A stretch of DNA of 64,000 nucleotides from Myxococcota bacterium (GTDB lineage Bacteria > Myxococcota_A > Polyangia > Nannocystales > Nannocystaceae), in assembly GCA_039194325.1 (NCBI GenBank), contig JBCCWC010000003.1, forward strand, positions 32,001 to 96,000, in the 5' to 3' direction. The notes beneath the pieces are model-generated. The model was not told where the DNA came from and made no database searches. It saw nothing but the letters and a program-made list of their open reading frames with translations. This document shows, in pieces, positions 1 to 7,936 of the stretch. How positions within the stretch are numbered: position 1 is the stretch's first letter; each line of letters starts with the position of its first letter. The position numbers and the translations under genes are program-made.

Positions 1-216
1 GAGCTGCGCATCGATCGAGTCGTGGAGGATCGGGGTCGCCAGGCGATCATCGAGAGCTGGGAACGCAACAAGATGTACTGCACCTCGGGTGAGTATCACC
101 TACCCCAGATCATCGACCTCATGGTAACCGCCACACCGTGCTCGGCTCCCTTAGGCCGCGGTCGCGGCCGACCGTTGATCGGATCGTGCACGCTCCAGGT
201 CTGCTCTCCGCAGTAA
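1..216 (+). CDS. 3' end of a gene running in from the left edge (unknown product)
   Basis: Frame 1 is open from base 1 to TAA at 214-216 (ELRIDRVVEDRGRQAIIESWERNKMYC...); too short to assign a family. Confidence 0.4.
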   Translation, partial: ELRIDRVVEDRGRQAIIESWERNKMYCTSGEYHLPQIIDLMVTATPCSAPLGRGRGRPLIGSCTLQVCSPQ

Positions 217-248
217 GGTGAAGCGGATCCCTGACCCCACACCACCAT

Positions 249-308
249 GCGAACTCCATTGCGAACTCCATTGCGAACTCCATTGCGAACTCCATCGCGA
301 ACTCCATC
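249..308. repeat. 12-bp tandem repeat GCGAACTCCAT(T/C) x5, probably intergenic
   Basis: Five consecutive copies read directly. Confidence 0.95.
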
Positions 309-462
309 TTCACCCCCTGGCGCCGGCGAGCATCAACCCGAACGCGAGCATTCGTCCCCCGCTTCGCGGCACACCGGCATCGACTCTCCGGTCGGCGGAG
401 CACCGCCCCGAGGTCGCCTTCGCGCTCGCGGCTCGACGACCTCCTGTGTTAGACCACGGGTC

Positions 463-1089
463 GTGGGGGGTGGAAACGAGGCGGAGCTGCTCGACCGCTG
501 GCGAGGAGGCGACGCGAAGGCGGGCAACGATCTCATCGCTCGGCAGTTCCCTCGCATCAAGCGGTTCTTCTCGCGTAAGACCAGCGATCGGGACATCATC
601 GAAGAGCTGGTCCAGCAGACCTTCGACCGCTGCGTGAGAAAGCTCGAAGCCTTCGAGGGTCGCTCGAGCTTCGACACGTTCATCTACGGGATCGCGCGCC
701 ACGTGCTGCTCGAGCACTACCGCGAGCGGCGTCGTTCCGATCGCCAAGTGGCGGTGGAACAAACCCCCATGATCGACCTGGACATGGCGCCCTTCGTCGC
801 GGTCGAGAGCCGAGAGGAGCGCAAGCTGCTGATCAACGCGCTGCGGCGCCTGTCGCTCGACACGCAGATCCTCGTCGAGCTCTACTTCTTCGAAGGCCTC
901 AAGGGGCCAACGGTCTGCGAGATCTTGGGACTCTCGGAGACCAAATTTCGGGGGCGCATCCGCGGAGCTCGACGAGACCTCCAGCGTCATATCGAGACAC
1001 TCACCGACTCCCCCGAGCTACAAAAGAGCACACAAATGACCTTACACTCGTGGGCCCGTAAGGTCCGCGGGCAATTCGATCTCGAATGA
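463..1089 (+). CDS. ECF-type RNA polymerase sigma-70 factor
   Basis: ELLDRWRGGD...EELVQQTF...FEGRSSFDTFIYGIAR (region 2); ALRRL...ELYFFEGL...EILG (region 4). GTG 463 preferred because the 247 start runs through the tandem repeat. Confidence 0.9.
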   Translation: MGGGNEAELLDRWRGGDAKAGNDLIARQFPRIKRFFSRKTSDRDIIEELVQQTFDRCVRKLEAFEGRSSFDTFIYGIARHVLLEHYRERRRSDRQVAVEQTPMIDLDMAPFVAVESREERKLLINALRRLSLDTQILVELYFFEGLKGPTVCEILGLSETKFRGRIRGARRDLQRHIETLTDSPELQKSTQMTLHSWARKVRGQFDLE

Positions 1090-1169
1090 TCCGATGAACG
1101 AAAGGGCCCTTTTCCTGGAATTCACCGGTATCTTCCCTCGAATGTGTCGACGAAGTCACCAATGGATCG

Positions 1170-1640
1170 ATGGCATCATCGAGTGAGCTGAAACGAAGGC
1201 TATTCTACGGTGAGCGGGAGGTTCGCTCCATGGGCAGCATGACGCTGACGACCCATCGGGTGATCCTTCATGCGCGAGGCTGCGGCGGCGAGTCATCAAC
1301 CTCCGTCCTGCTCAGCCAGGTCCAGTGGACACGGCTCATTCGGGCGAACTACGGCCCGTTGGCGCTCACTTTAGGGGGCCTGGGCGCCTTGGCCCTGCTG
1401 GCGATCCTGGTCGGTGCACTGGGCATGGTGGGTCCGCTGGGCTTGGCCTTGCTGATCACGGGCACGCTGGGTCCCCGGTGGAGCCGCACGCGCCTGGTGG
1501 TGGGTACGGGCGCTCGCACCCTGTGTCTGCCGCTCGAGCCCACTCGTCGGCGACGGCGCCAGGCCCGTGAGCTCGTAGATCTGATCGAGCAGGCCGCGGT
1601 CGATGCCAGTCGCCGAGGCTCCATGCTGCACCCGGCGTGA
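1170..1640 (+). CDS. Hypothetical membrane protein (two hydrophobic segments)
   Basis: 156-aa ORF filling the gap, ATG start, central hydrophobic hairpin. Confidence 0.65.
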   Translation: MASSSELKRRLFYGEREVRSMGSMTLTTHRVILHARGCGGESSTSVLLSQVQWTRLIRANYGPLALTLGGLGALALLAILVGALGMVGPLGLALLITGTLGPRWSRTRLVVGTGARTLCLPLEPTRRRRRQARELVDLIEQAAVDASRRGSMLHPA

Positions 1641-1649
1641 GCCATGGGC

Positions 1650-2594
1650 TCAGCACTTGCCCGACCGACCACGCAGCTTCAGGCTCGCCTCGAACTCGTC
1701 CACCACCACCCCGCGAAAGAACCGATGGGCCGGATCCGCGTGGTAGCGTTCGTGCCATAGCGCCACGATCGGGATCACGGGGATCTCGATCGGGGGTGAG
1801 ACGACGACCAGATCGAGCCGGGGCAGCAGCGGTGCGACCAACTCACGGGGCGCAGCAAAGAACAAGTCGGTCTCCGCCACCGCGACCAAGGCGGCCAGGA
1901 AGGTGGGCACGACCAGGCCGATCCGCCGTGACACGCCAGCCCGCTCCAGCGCAGCCGCGACAAAGCTGCGGCTGCTGCTGCCGGTCTTGACCAGCACGTG
2001 CGGATGCTCGGCCCAGGCCCGTGCTCGAAGTCGGCGCCCCCGAGCGAAGGCAGGATGCGACCGTCGAGCGACCACCCCCCAGTGGATCGTCCCCAATCCC
2101 CGAGTCTGCAGGCCGGCCCCCTCGGCCGGCCCCGGACCTACCGCGAGATCGGCCTGACCCAGCTCGAGTGCGCGCGCATCGTCACCGCTCCGGTTGCGCA
2201 CCTCCAGACTCGCCCGAGGCGCGACCCCCTGAAGCCGCGCGCTCATCCGGGGCAGCAAGGGAGCCAGCAGATCGGGGCAGATCAGCACGAACGACCGCGT
2301 CGTGGTGGCGGCATCGAACTCCACCTCGTGCCGCACCAGGCGAGCGACGTCGGCCAACAGCCGCGCCAGGGGCTCGCGTAGGGCATCGGCCCGCGGGGTG
2401 GGCACTACCGCCCGCCCCGCCCGCACAAAGAGGGGATCCTCGAACAGCTCGCGCAGCCGCCCCAGCGCGTGGCTGGCTGCGGGCTGGCCGATCCCCAGGC
2501 GCCGCGCGGCCCGGGTCACGCTGCCCTCGGCGAGCAACGCGTCGAGCGTAACGAGCAGGTTGAGGTCGATCGTGGATATATCGATCTCATTCAT
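1650..2594 (-). CDS. LysR family transcriptional regulator
   Basis: IDLNLLVTLDALLAEGSVTRAARRLGIGQPAASHALGRLRELFEDPLFVR HTH; C-terminal WHERYHADPAHRFFR. Confidence 0.95.
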   Translation of the reverse strand: MNEIDISTIDLNLLVTLDALLAEGSVTRAARRLGIGQPAASHALGRLRELFEDPLFVRAGRAVVPTPRADALREPLARLLADVARLVRHEVEFDAATTTRSFVLICPDLLAPLLPRMSARLQGVAPRASLEVRNRSGDDARALELGQADLAVGPGPAEGAGLQTRGLGTIHWGVVARRSHPAFARGRRLRARAWAEHPHVLVKTGSSSRSFVAAALERAGVSRRIGLVVPTFLAALVAVAETDLFFAAPRELVAPLLPRLDLVVVSPPIEIPVIPIVALWHERYHADPAHRFFRGVVVDEFEASLKLRGRSGKC

Positions 2595-2597
2595 GTA

Positions 2598-2610
2598 TTG
2601 ATTCAATCAA
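2598..2610. promoter_or_regulatory. Putative LysR box (T-N11-A, TTGATTcAATCAA)
   Basis: 13-bp interrupted palindrome in the AT-rich gap between lysR and the divergent gene. Confidence 0.55.
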
Positions 2611-2653
2611 TCGATTTTATTATTGGCAAGAGCGATCCTAGGCTACGAGGGCC

Positions 2654-3856
2654 ATGACGATGTCCACGGTGAACAAGCGGGTGCTATGGGGCCTGGGCTC
2701 CCTGGTCGCCCTGGTGCTCGGATCGCTGCTCGTGATGCGGATCATGTTGGGCGGAGGCGAGCCCTACCCCGACGTGAGCACTGCGCCCCGGATCTCGCCC
2801 GACCAGCTCGAAGTGCTGGTGGAGTTGCCGTTGCCGCCGGGCAACGTGACCAGCTCGAGCGAGGGGCGGATCTTCTTCAACATCCACCCCTTCACGCAGC
2901 CGCAGCGCTTCGGCGACAGCTTCGTGTTCGAGCTGGTGGATGGTGAGCCCCAGCCCTACCCAAACCAGCAGCTCCAGCCCCGGCTGCAGGGGGTGCTGGG
3001 CATTACCGTCGGTCCGCTCGACCGGCTGTGGCTGATCTCGCCGGCGGGCCTGGAGGATCGCGCGACCAAGTTGATGGCGTTCGACCTGGCCACCAACGCG
3101 CTGGTCTTCGAGCACGATCTGGGCGAGGACGCGGGCATGTTCAGCCAGGATCTCCGGGTCTCGCCCGACGGCAAGACGATCTACATGGCCGACACCGGGG
3201 CGTTCTTCTTGGCCTCGCCTGCCATCGTGGTGTTCGACATCGAGAGCAAGACCGCCCGCCGCGTGCTGGAGGGGCACCCGTCGACCGAGCCCCAAGACTG
3301 GGAGATCCGCACGATCGACGGCCCATACAAGCTCGCCTGGGGCCTGGTCAACTTCTCGGTGGGAGTGGACGGGGTGGCCGTCAGCCACGACGGCCAGTGG
3401 CTCTACTACGCGACGATGAGCCACGACAGCCTGTACCGGGTACCCACCGCCACGCTGCTCGACGCCTCGCTGCCCGCCGACGCGGTGGCCCGCGCGGTGG
3501 AGCGGGTGGGGACCAAGCCGCTCTCGGATGGGATCGAGATCGACGCGCAAGGTCGGGTGTACATCACCGACGTGGAGAACGGAGGGGTGGCTATCATGGA
3601 GCCCGACGGCGAGCTTCAGACCCTGTTCAAGGACGAGGCGATCGTCTGGGCCGACGGGGTCAACCTCACCAAGGACGGATCGCTGCTGATGACCGACAGC
3701 GAGATCCCGGCGTACATCGACCCGCTGCTGCGACCGCCGGCAGTGGAACGACTGAACCGGGCGGCGCCGCATCGGATCTATCGGGTGAAATCCTCGGGCG
3801 CGGCAAGTCCTCAGGCGCGTCATGTCCTCAGGCGCATCAAGTCCTCCGGCGCGTGA
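2654..3856 (+). CDS. Major royal jelly/Yellow or SMP-30-gluconolactonase-like beta-propeller protein with N-terminal anchor
   Basis: N-terminal TM; PPGNV, IYMADTG, GVDGVAVSHDGQWLYY, KPLSDGI, VYITDVE, WADG motifs. Confidence 0.8.
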   Translation: MTMSTVNKRVLWGLGSLVALVLGSLLVMRIMLGGGEPYPDVSTAPRISPDQLEVLVELPLPPGNVTSSSEGRIFFNIHPFTQPQRFGDSFVFELVDGEPQPYPNQQLQPRLQGVLGITVGPLDRLWLISPAGLEDRATKLMAFDLATNALVFEHDLGEDAGMFSQDLRVSPDGKTIYMADTGAFFLASPAIVVFDIESKTARRVLEGHPSTEPQDWEIRTIDGPYKLAWGLVNFSVGVDGVAVSHDGQWLYYATMSHDSLYRVPTATLLDASLPADAVARAVERVGTKPLSDGIEIDAQGRVYITDVENGGVAIMEPDGELQTLFKDEAIVWADGVNLTKDGSLLMTDSEIPAYIDPLLRPPAVERLNRAAPHRIYRVKSSGAASPQARHVLRRIKSSGA

Positions 3857-3872
3857 AGTCCTCCGGCCCCGC
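3788..3872. repeat. Degenerate 17-bp tandem repeat (AAGTCCTCNGGCGCGTC) x5 spanning the stop codon of the upstream gene
   Basis: Units start at 3788, 3805, 3822, 3839, 3856. Confidence 0.85.
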
Positions 3873-3891
3873 GCAAGAAAAGCCAAACACG

Positions 3892-3929
3892 GGCAAGAGC
3901 CCGCCGGCAAGCACCGGCGGGCTCTTGCC
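3892..3929 (+). terminator. Perfect 16-bp inverted repeat hairpin (terminator-like or REP-like)
   Basis: GGCAAGAGCCCGCCGG-caagca-CCGGCGGGCTCTTGCC; weak U tail. Confidence 0.65.
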
Positions 3930-4006
3930 GTTCCTACGCCCTGGAGCACAGCGCCGTGTCTAATCCCCGCCCGCCGCGAACGACCCAACGGAGCAACCGG
4001 AGCACC

Positions 4007-5209
4007 ATGTACGTCAAGAGCGTCGAAATCTCCAATGTTCGCGCGATCGATTCGTTCCGGTGGGAGATCAAGCACGATCGCTATGCCGGGTGGCACGTGC
4101 TCATCGGCGACAATGGATCCGGGAAGAGCTCGGTGTTGCGTTCCATGGCGCTGGCGTTCGTGGGGCCAGCCGAAGCCGCGGCCCTCCGTCAGAACTGGGC
4201 CGACTGGCTGCGCAATGATGAACGCAGGGGTCATATTGCCATCGAAATCGATCCCGATGACAAACTCGACAAGTTTGCTGGTCGTGGCTCGCGGGTCAAA
4301 CGATACTACCTGCCGTGTGGCCTTCGCTTCACCCGCAAACAGAGCAAAAGCGTCAGCCTGTGGAAGCCAAAGTACAAATTCGACCCGGACCGTCACATAT
4401 GGAGCGGAAAGCCGGGCTGGTTCTCCGCTTCTTACGGTCCGTTTCGTCGCTTTGCGGGAGGGGACAAGGATGCAGAGAAGCTATTCTATTCGAATCCTCG
4501 CCTCGCACGACACTTGTCGATCTTCGGCGAGGGAATCGCGCTCTCCGAGTGCATCTCTTGGCTGAAGAAGCTCCAGTTCAAGATGCTGGAAGCCCGACAA
4601 CATGGCGCCTCTGATGATCACCCCGACGTGGCGCTAGTCAAGCATATTCGCGAGTTCGTGGACCAATCGGATTTCTTGCCCCACCGCGCACGTATCGAAG
4701 AGATCTCGTCCAGTGCGGTTCGTTTCGTCGATGGTAATGGCTGCAACGTCTCCGTCGATGAATTGAGCGATGGCTATCGATCGATCCTCAGCATGACCTT
4801 CGAGCTCATCCGCCAGCTCGTCGAGACTTATGGGGTACGCATGGTCTTCGACCGCGAAGACCCCACCAAGATCGCGGTGCCCGGTGTCGTGTTGATCGAC
4901 GAGATCGACGCCCACCTGCACCCTTCCTGGCAGCGACGGATCGGCGCCTGGCTGTGCGAGCACTTTCCTCGGGTGCAATTCATCGTCACGACCCACAGCC
5001 CGCTCGTGTGCTATCCGGGTCAGAACAGCACGATCTACCGCCTACCGAAGCCAGGCACAGACTCGGAGGGAGGAATGCTGAAGGACGTGGCCCGCGATCG
5101 CCTCTTGTATGGCAATGTCCTCGACGCATACAGCACAGGTGAATTTGGTGAGAACATCACCCGATCGAGTTCGAGCGGGCCATCTACACGATCGAGACGC
5201 TCCGCCTGA
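4007..5209 (+). CDS. ABC/AAA_21-type ATPase (PtuA/AbiEii-like), C-terminus probably truncated
   Basis: Walker A GDNGSGKS, signature LSDG, Walker B LIDEIDAHLHP, H-loop TTHSP; GGAG before ATG 4007; lower GC. Confidence 0.9.
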   Translation: MYVKSVEISNVRAIDSFRWEIKHDRYAGWHVLIGDNGSGKSSVLRSMALAFVGPAEAAALRQNWADWLRNDERRGHIAIEIDPDDKLDKFAGRGSRVKRYYLPCGLRFTRKQSKSVSLWKPKYKFDPDRHIWSGKPGWFSASYGPFRRFAGGDKDAEKLFYSNPRLARHLSIFGEGIALSECISWLKKLQFKMLEARQHGASDDHPDVALVKHIREFVDQSDFLPHRARIEEISSSAVRFVDGNGCNVSVDELSDGYRSILSMTFELIRQLVETYGVRMVFDREDPTKIAVPGVVLIDEIDAHLHPSWQRRIGAWLCEHFPRVQFIVTTHSPLVCYPGQNSTIYRLPKPGTDSEGGMLKDVARDRLLYGNVLDAYSTGEFGENITRSSSSGPSTRSRRSA

Positions 5210-5448
5210 ACCTTCGCGATGCACTGGTCAAGGCACGCGAGGAAGCGTTCGTCTCCTACCGCGCGAGGCTACGAGAGTACGTGTCCGAGCAAGACGCTGG
5301 CACCAGCAAGCGCCGCCTCAATCGGCTGGTCCGCGCTATTCAAAGCATGCAGCATCCGTTCGTATGGGCCGAGATGAAACGAAGCGGCTCGCGACGTGCT
5401 GATCTTGGACCGCTGTTCGAGGCTGCACCCGAGTCGCTGTCTTGGTAG
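5164..5448 (+). pseudogene. Start-less C-terminal fragment of the partner gene (probably the HNH nuclease that normally follows such ATPases)
   Basis: Frame not in the ORF track: IEFERAIYTIETLRLNLRDALVKAREEAFVSYRARLREY...MQHPFVWAEMKR...LFEAAPESLSW-TAG; in-frame TGA at 5149 and no start codon at the 5' end. Family identity is from recall. Confidence 0.65.
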
Positions 5449-5479
5449 ACCGGCGTCTACAACGCTACGAGGCCCCAGG

Positions 5480-7612
5480 TCACCGCCGCCGTACCACCAC
5501 CCGGTCGAACCAAACGTCACCAAACGCATACTTGACCCGCAGCTCCACGCGCGCAGCACTCTCGAGCGAGAACTTCACAGCAACGGCCTCGTAGTCGTTG
5601 GCCTCCTGCTCGGGGCACTGAAGCTCGACTCGCCGCACGCTCTTGCGCCCCGCGATGACCTGCAACACCAGGGCGAGCCGCTCGACTACCCCCTGGCACC
5701 CGTAGCGCAGCATGAACTCGGCGGTGTAGGGCCCGGGCGGTAGACGAACCCCGGGACCATGGCTGAGTAAGAACGCGTCCTGCGGGCGACCCGAGCCCAC
5801 CACCACCGCGGACGCATACCCACCCGAGGCCTGGGGATCGTCCACCACCACGTCGACGCGCTGGCTGGGCAGGTGCTCGGCCTCGAAGGTGAGAGGACCC
5901 TGGTCGAGCAGAACACCGAGGGTCGAGCCGTCCCAGGGCGCCCGCTCGACGTCGCCGATCACCGCCATCACCCCGGGCACATGCACGACCTCGACGCCCG
6001 AGGGGGGGCGGAACTCGGTGGGCCAGATCACCCCGGTGACATAGGCGTCGGCCTCACGCCGGGTGCGCCAAGGTGGCTGAGCGATGAGGTCGGCCTTCGG
6101 GCCATAGTAGGTGCCCCAAGCATGCTGGCTGCCGAGCTTGGTGTCGTTGTCGACATGGACCCGCTCGATCCCCCGCGCTGCGAGGATCGTCATGAGCCGC
6201 TCATGACCCCCCGGCGGGGTGCGGAGCTCGGGGCGGGTGGCGATCCCCACCCCAAGGGCCAACACGCCGGCCGCCAGCAAGACGACCCGCGCCCGAACCC
6301 ATCGCGATCCCGGTGAGCCCCCGCGCCACGCGAGCACAACGAGCAGACCCACCAGCACTACGACATTGAGCTGAGAGGTGACGTCGGCCAAGCTCCCCAC
6401 GGCACCCACGGCCAAGACCATGGCTCCTCCGGTCGCCCGGGCGATCCCCAGCCGGTCACCCCCGGGAGCGACCAAGCCGGCGACCAAGAAGCCCAGCCCG
6501 GCCGACAGAGGCACGACCAGGTTGTAGGCGTACCAGGGACGCATCGAGCTGGAGGCATTGTCGAAGACCAGCACGGTGACCAGCAACAACAGCGGCAGCA
6601 GCAGCGCGCCGTCGGCCCGACCACGCGCGGGAGGCCGGGTGAGCACCAGCACCACCAGGCCCACCGCGCCCAAGACCCACGCAAAGGGCTCACAAGCCTC
6701 GGCGACCACCCCAGACAGCTCGTTGAGCGAGCGCATGCTGGTGCCGGATCGATAGCCCTCCACGCGCTCCACCACGCCCACGTCGAAGTAGATCTCAAAG
6801 GCGGCCTCCCCGACCGCGCCAGCGACCGCCCGTAGCCAGGCCAAACCCACGAGGGTGGGCAAGCCGAGCACGAGCAGCAGACGGGGCAGAGCCTCGCGCC
6901 AACGAAGACGCCACAGCTCCAGGACCACGATGGGGATCATGGCCAAGCCCACGACGACCTGCTTGGTCCCCACCGCCAGGCACAGGGCGAGCGCCGACAG
7001 CAGTGCCCACGCGATGCCGGCCCGACCACGCCGACCCATCGCCTGGTGATAGGCCCACAGACCGGTGAGGACCCAGAGCATGAGCATGGGCTCGATGCAG
7101 GCAACGCGACCCCAGCGAAACGCAGCCGTGCAAGTGAGCAGGGCGCCGGCCCAGGCCACTCCAAAGGGCGTACCGCCGAGTTGTCCGCCGAGCTGTCCGT
7201 CGAGTTGTCCGCCGAGCTGTCCGCCGAGCTGTCCGTCGAGCTGTCCGCCGATCCGCCGCCCCCAGGCAAACGCGACCCCGATGGTGGCCAGCATGCTCAA
7301 CGCAAAGGGTAGGCGCAGTGCGGTCAGCGAGACGCCCAGGGCGTCGAACGAGGCGGCGACGAGCAGGATCGTCAGCGGCGGCTTGCTGAACCCTTCGTAG
7401 AGCTCGCCGTCGGATCCCACGGCATAGAGATATCGGCCGTGCTCCAGGGCGTTGCGGGCGAGCTTGCCGTAGAGACCTTCGTCGTAGGGACGCATCAGTC
7501 CCCCACCCAGGCCCACCAACAAGGCCGCACCAGCGATCACGAGGACGACCAGTAGCCAGGCCCATGCCGACCGATCCCACCGGGCCCCGTGAGGCATCGC
7601 GACGGGCGCCAT
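5480..7612 (-). CDS. ArnT/PMT-like membrane glycosyltransferase (GT-C, GT39/83) with C-terminal soluble domain
   Basis: RPYDEGLY, SKPPL, LRLPFAL, GTKQ motifs; many TM segments. Confidence 0.85.
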   Translation of the reverse strand: MAPVAMPHGARWDRSAWAWLLVVLVIAGAALLVGLGGGLMRPYDEGLYGKLARNALEHGRYLYAVGSDGELYEGFSKPPLTILLVAASFDALGVSLTALRLPFALSMLATIGVAFAWGRRIGGQLDGQLGGQLGGQLDGQLGGQLGGTPFGVAWAGALLTCTAAFRWGRVACIEPMLMLWVLTGLWAYHQAMGRRGRAGIAWALLSALALCLAVGTKQVVVGLAMIPIVVLELWRLRWREALPRLLLVLGLPTLVGLAWLRAVAGAVGEAAFEIYFDVGVVERVEGYRSGTSMRSLNELSGVVAEACEPFAWVLGAVGLVVLVLTRPPARGRADGALLLPLLLLVTVLVFDNASSSMRPWYAYNLVVPLSAGLGFLVAGLVAPGGDRLGIARATGGAMVLAVGAVGSLADVTSQLNVVVLVGLLVVLAWRGGSPGSRWVRARVVLLAAGVLALGVGIATRPELRTPPGGHERLMTILAARGIERVHVDNDTKLGSQHAWGTYYGPKADLIAQPPWRTRREADAYVTGVIWPTEFRPPSGVEVVHVPGVMAVIGDVERAPWDGSTLGVLLDQGPLTFEAEHLPSQRVDVVVDDPQASGGYASAVVVGSGRPQDAFLLSHGPGVRLPPGPYTAEFMLRYGCQGVVERLALVLQVIAGRKSVRRVELQCPEQEANDYEAVAVKFSLESAARVELRVKYAFGDVWFDRVVVRRR
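7173..7251. repeat. 12-bp in-frame tandem repeat (about 6.5 copies) encoding GQL(G/D)
   Basis: CCG(C/T)CGAG(C/T)TGT units. Confidence 0.95.
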
Positions 7613-7936
7613 GGACTCGCCGGAGTCGGACCCCGGTGCCGCCCGTTCGGGAGACCCATCGGCGCCACTCCTTTGCTGGGGCACTCCAGTACGATACCCG
7701 GCGTATTGGGGGATAACGCCGGCGACCGGTCGAAGAATCGGCCCAAACGTTCCGCTAACGTGCGAGACATCGCACGAATTTCTCAGGAGATTCCGCCTCG
7801 GGGTCGGCCGCCCGGTGAACCGATTACGTGCGTTGACGCTCGTTGAAGGATGCCCCGGCCCGACGCACGACCCCGGGGCGAGCATCGTTACCTCTCCGAG
7901 ATTTGTGGATACGATGGCACTTCCGTGGAGCGAGTC

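Noticed and set aside
2684..4396. Long antisense/shadow ORFs (also 14129-15568, 15496-16977, 57188-58687 and others)
   Set aside because: Expected in high-GC DNA; they overlap genes with clear motifs and have none themselves
4007..5448. Retron or integrative element
   Set aside because: No reverse transcriptase, msr-msd, integrase or transposase recognised in the window
7759..7776. Palindrome CGTGCGA-gaca-TCGCACG in a divergent gap
   Set aside because: Single short dyad with no cognate regulator; could be chance
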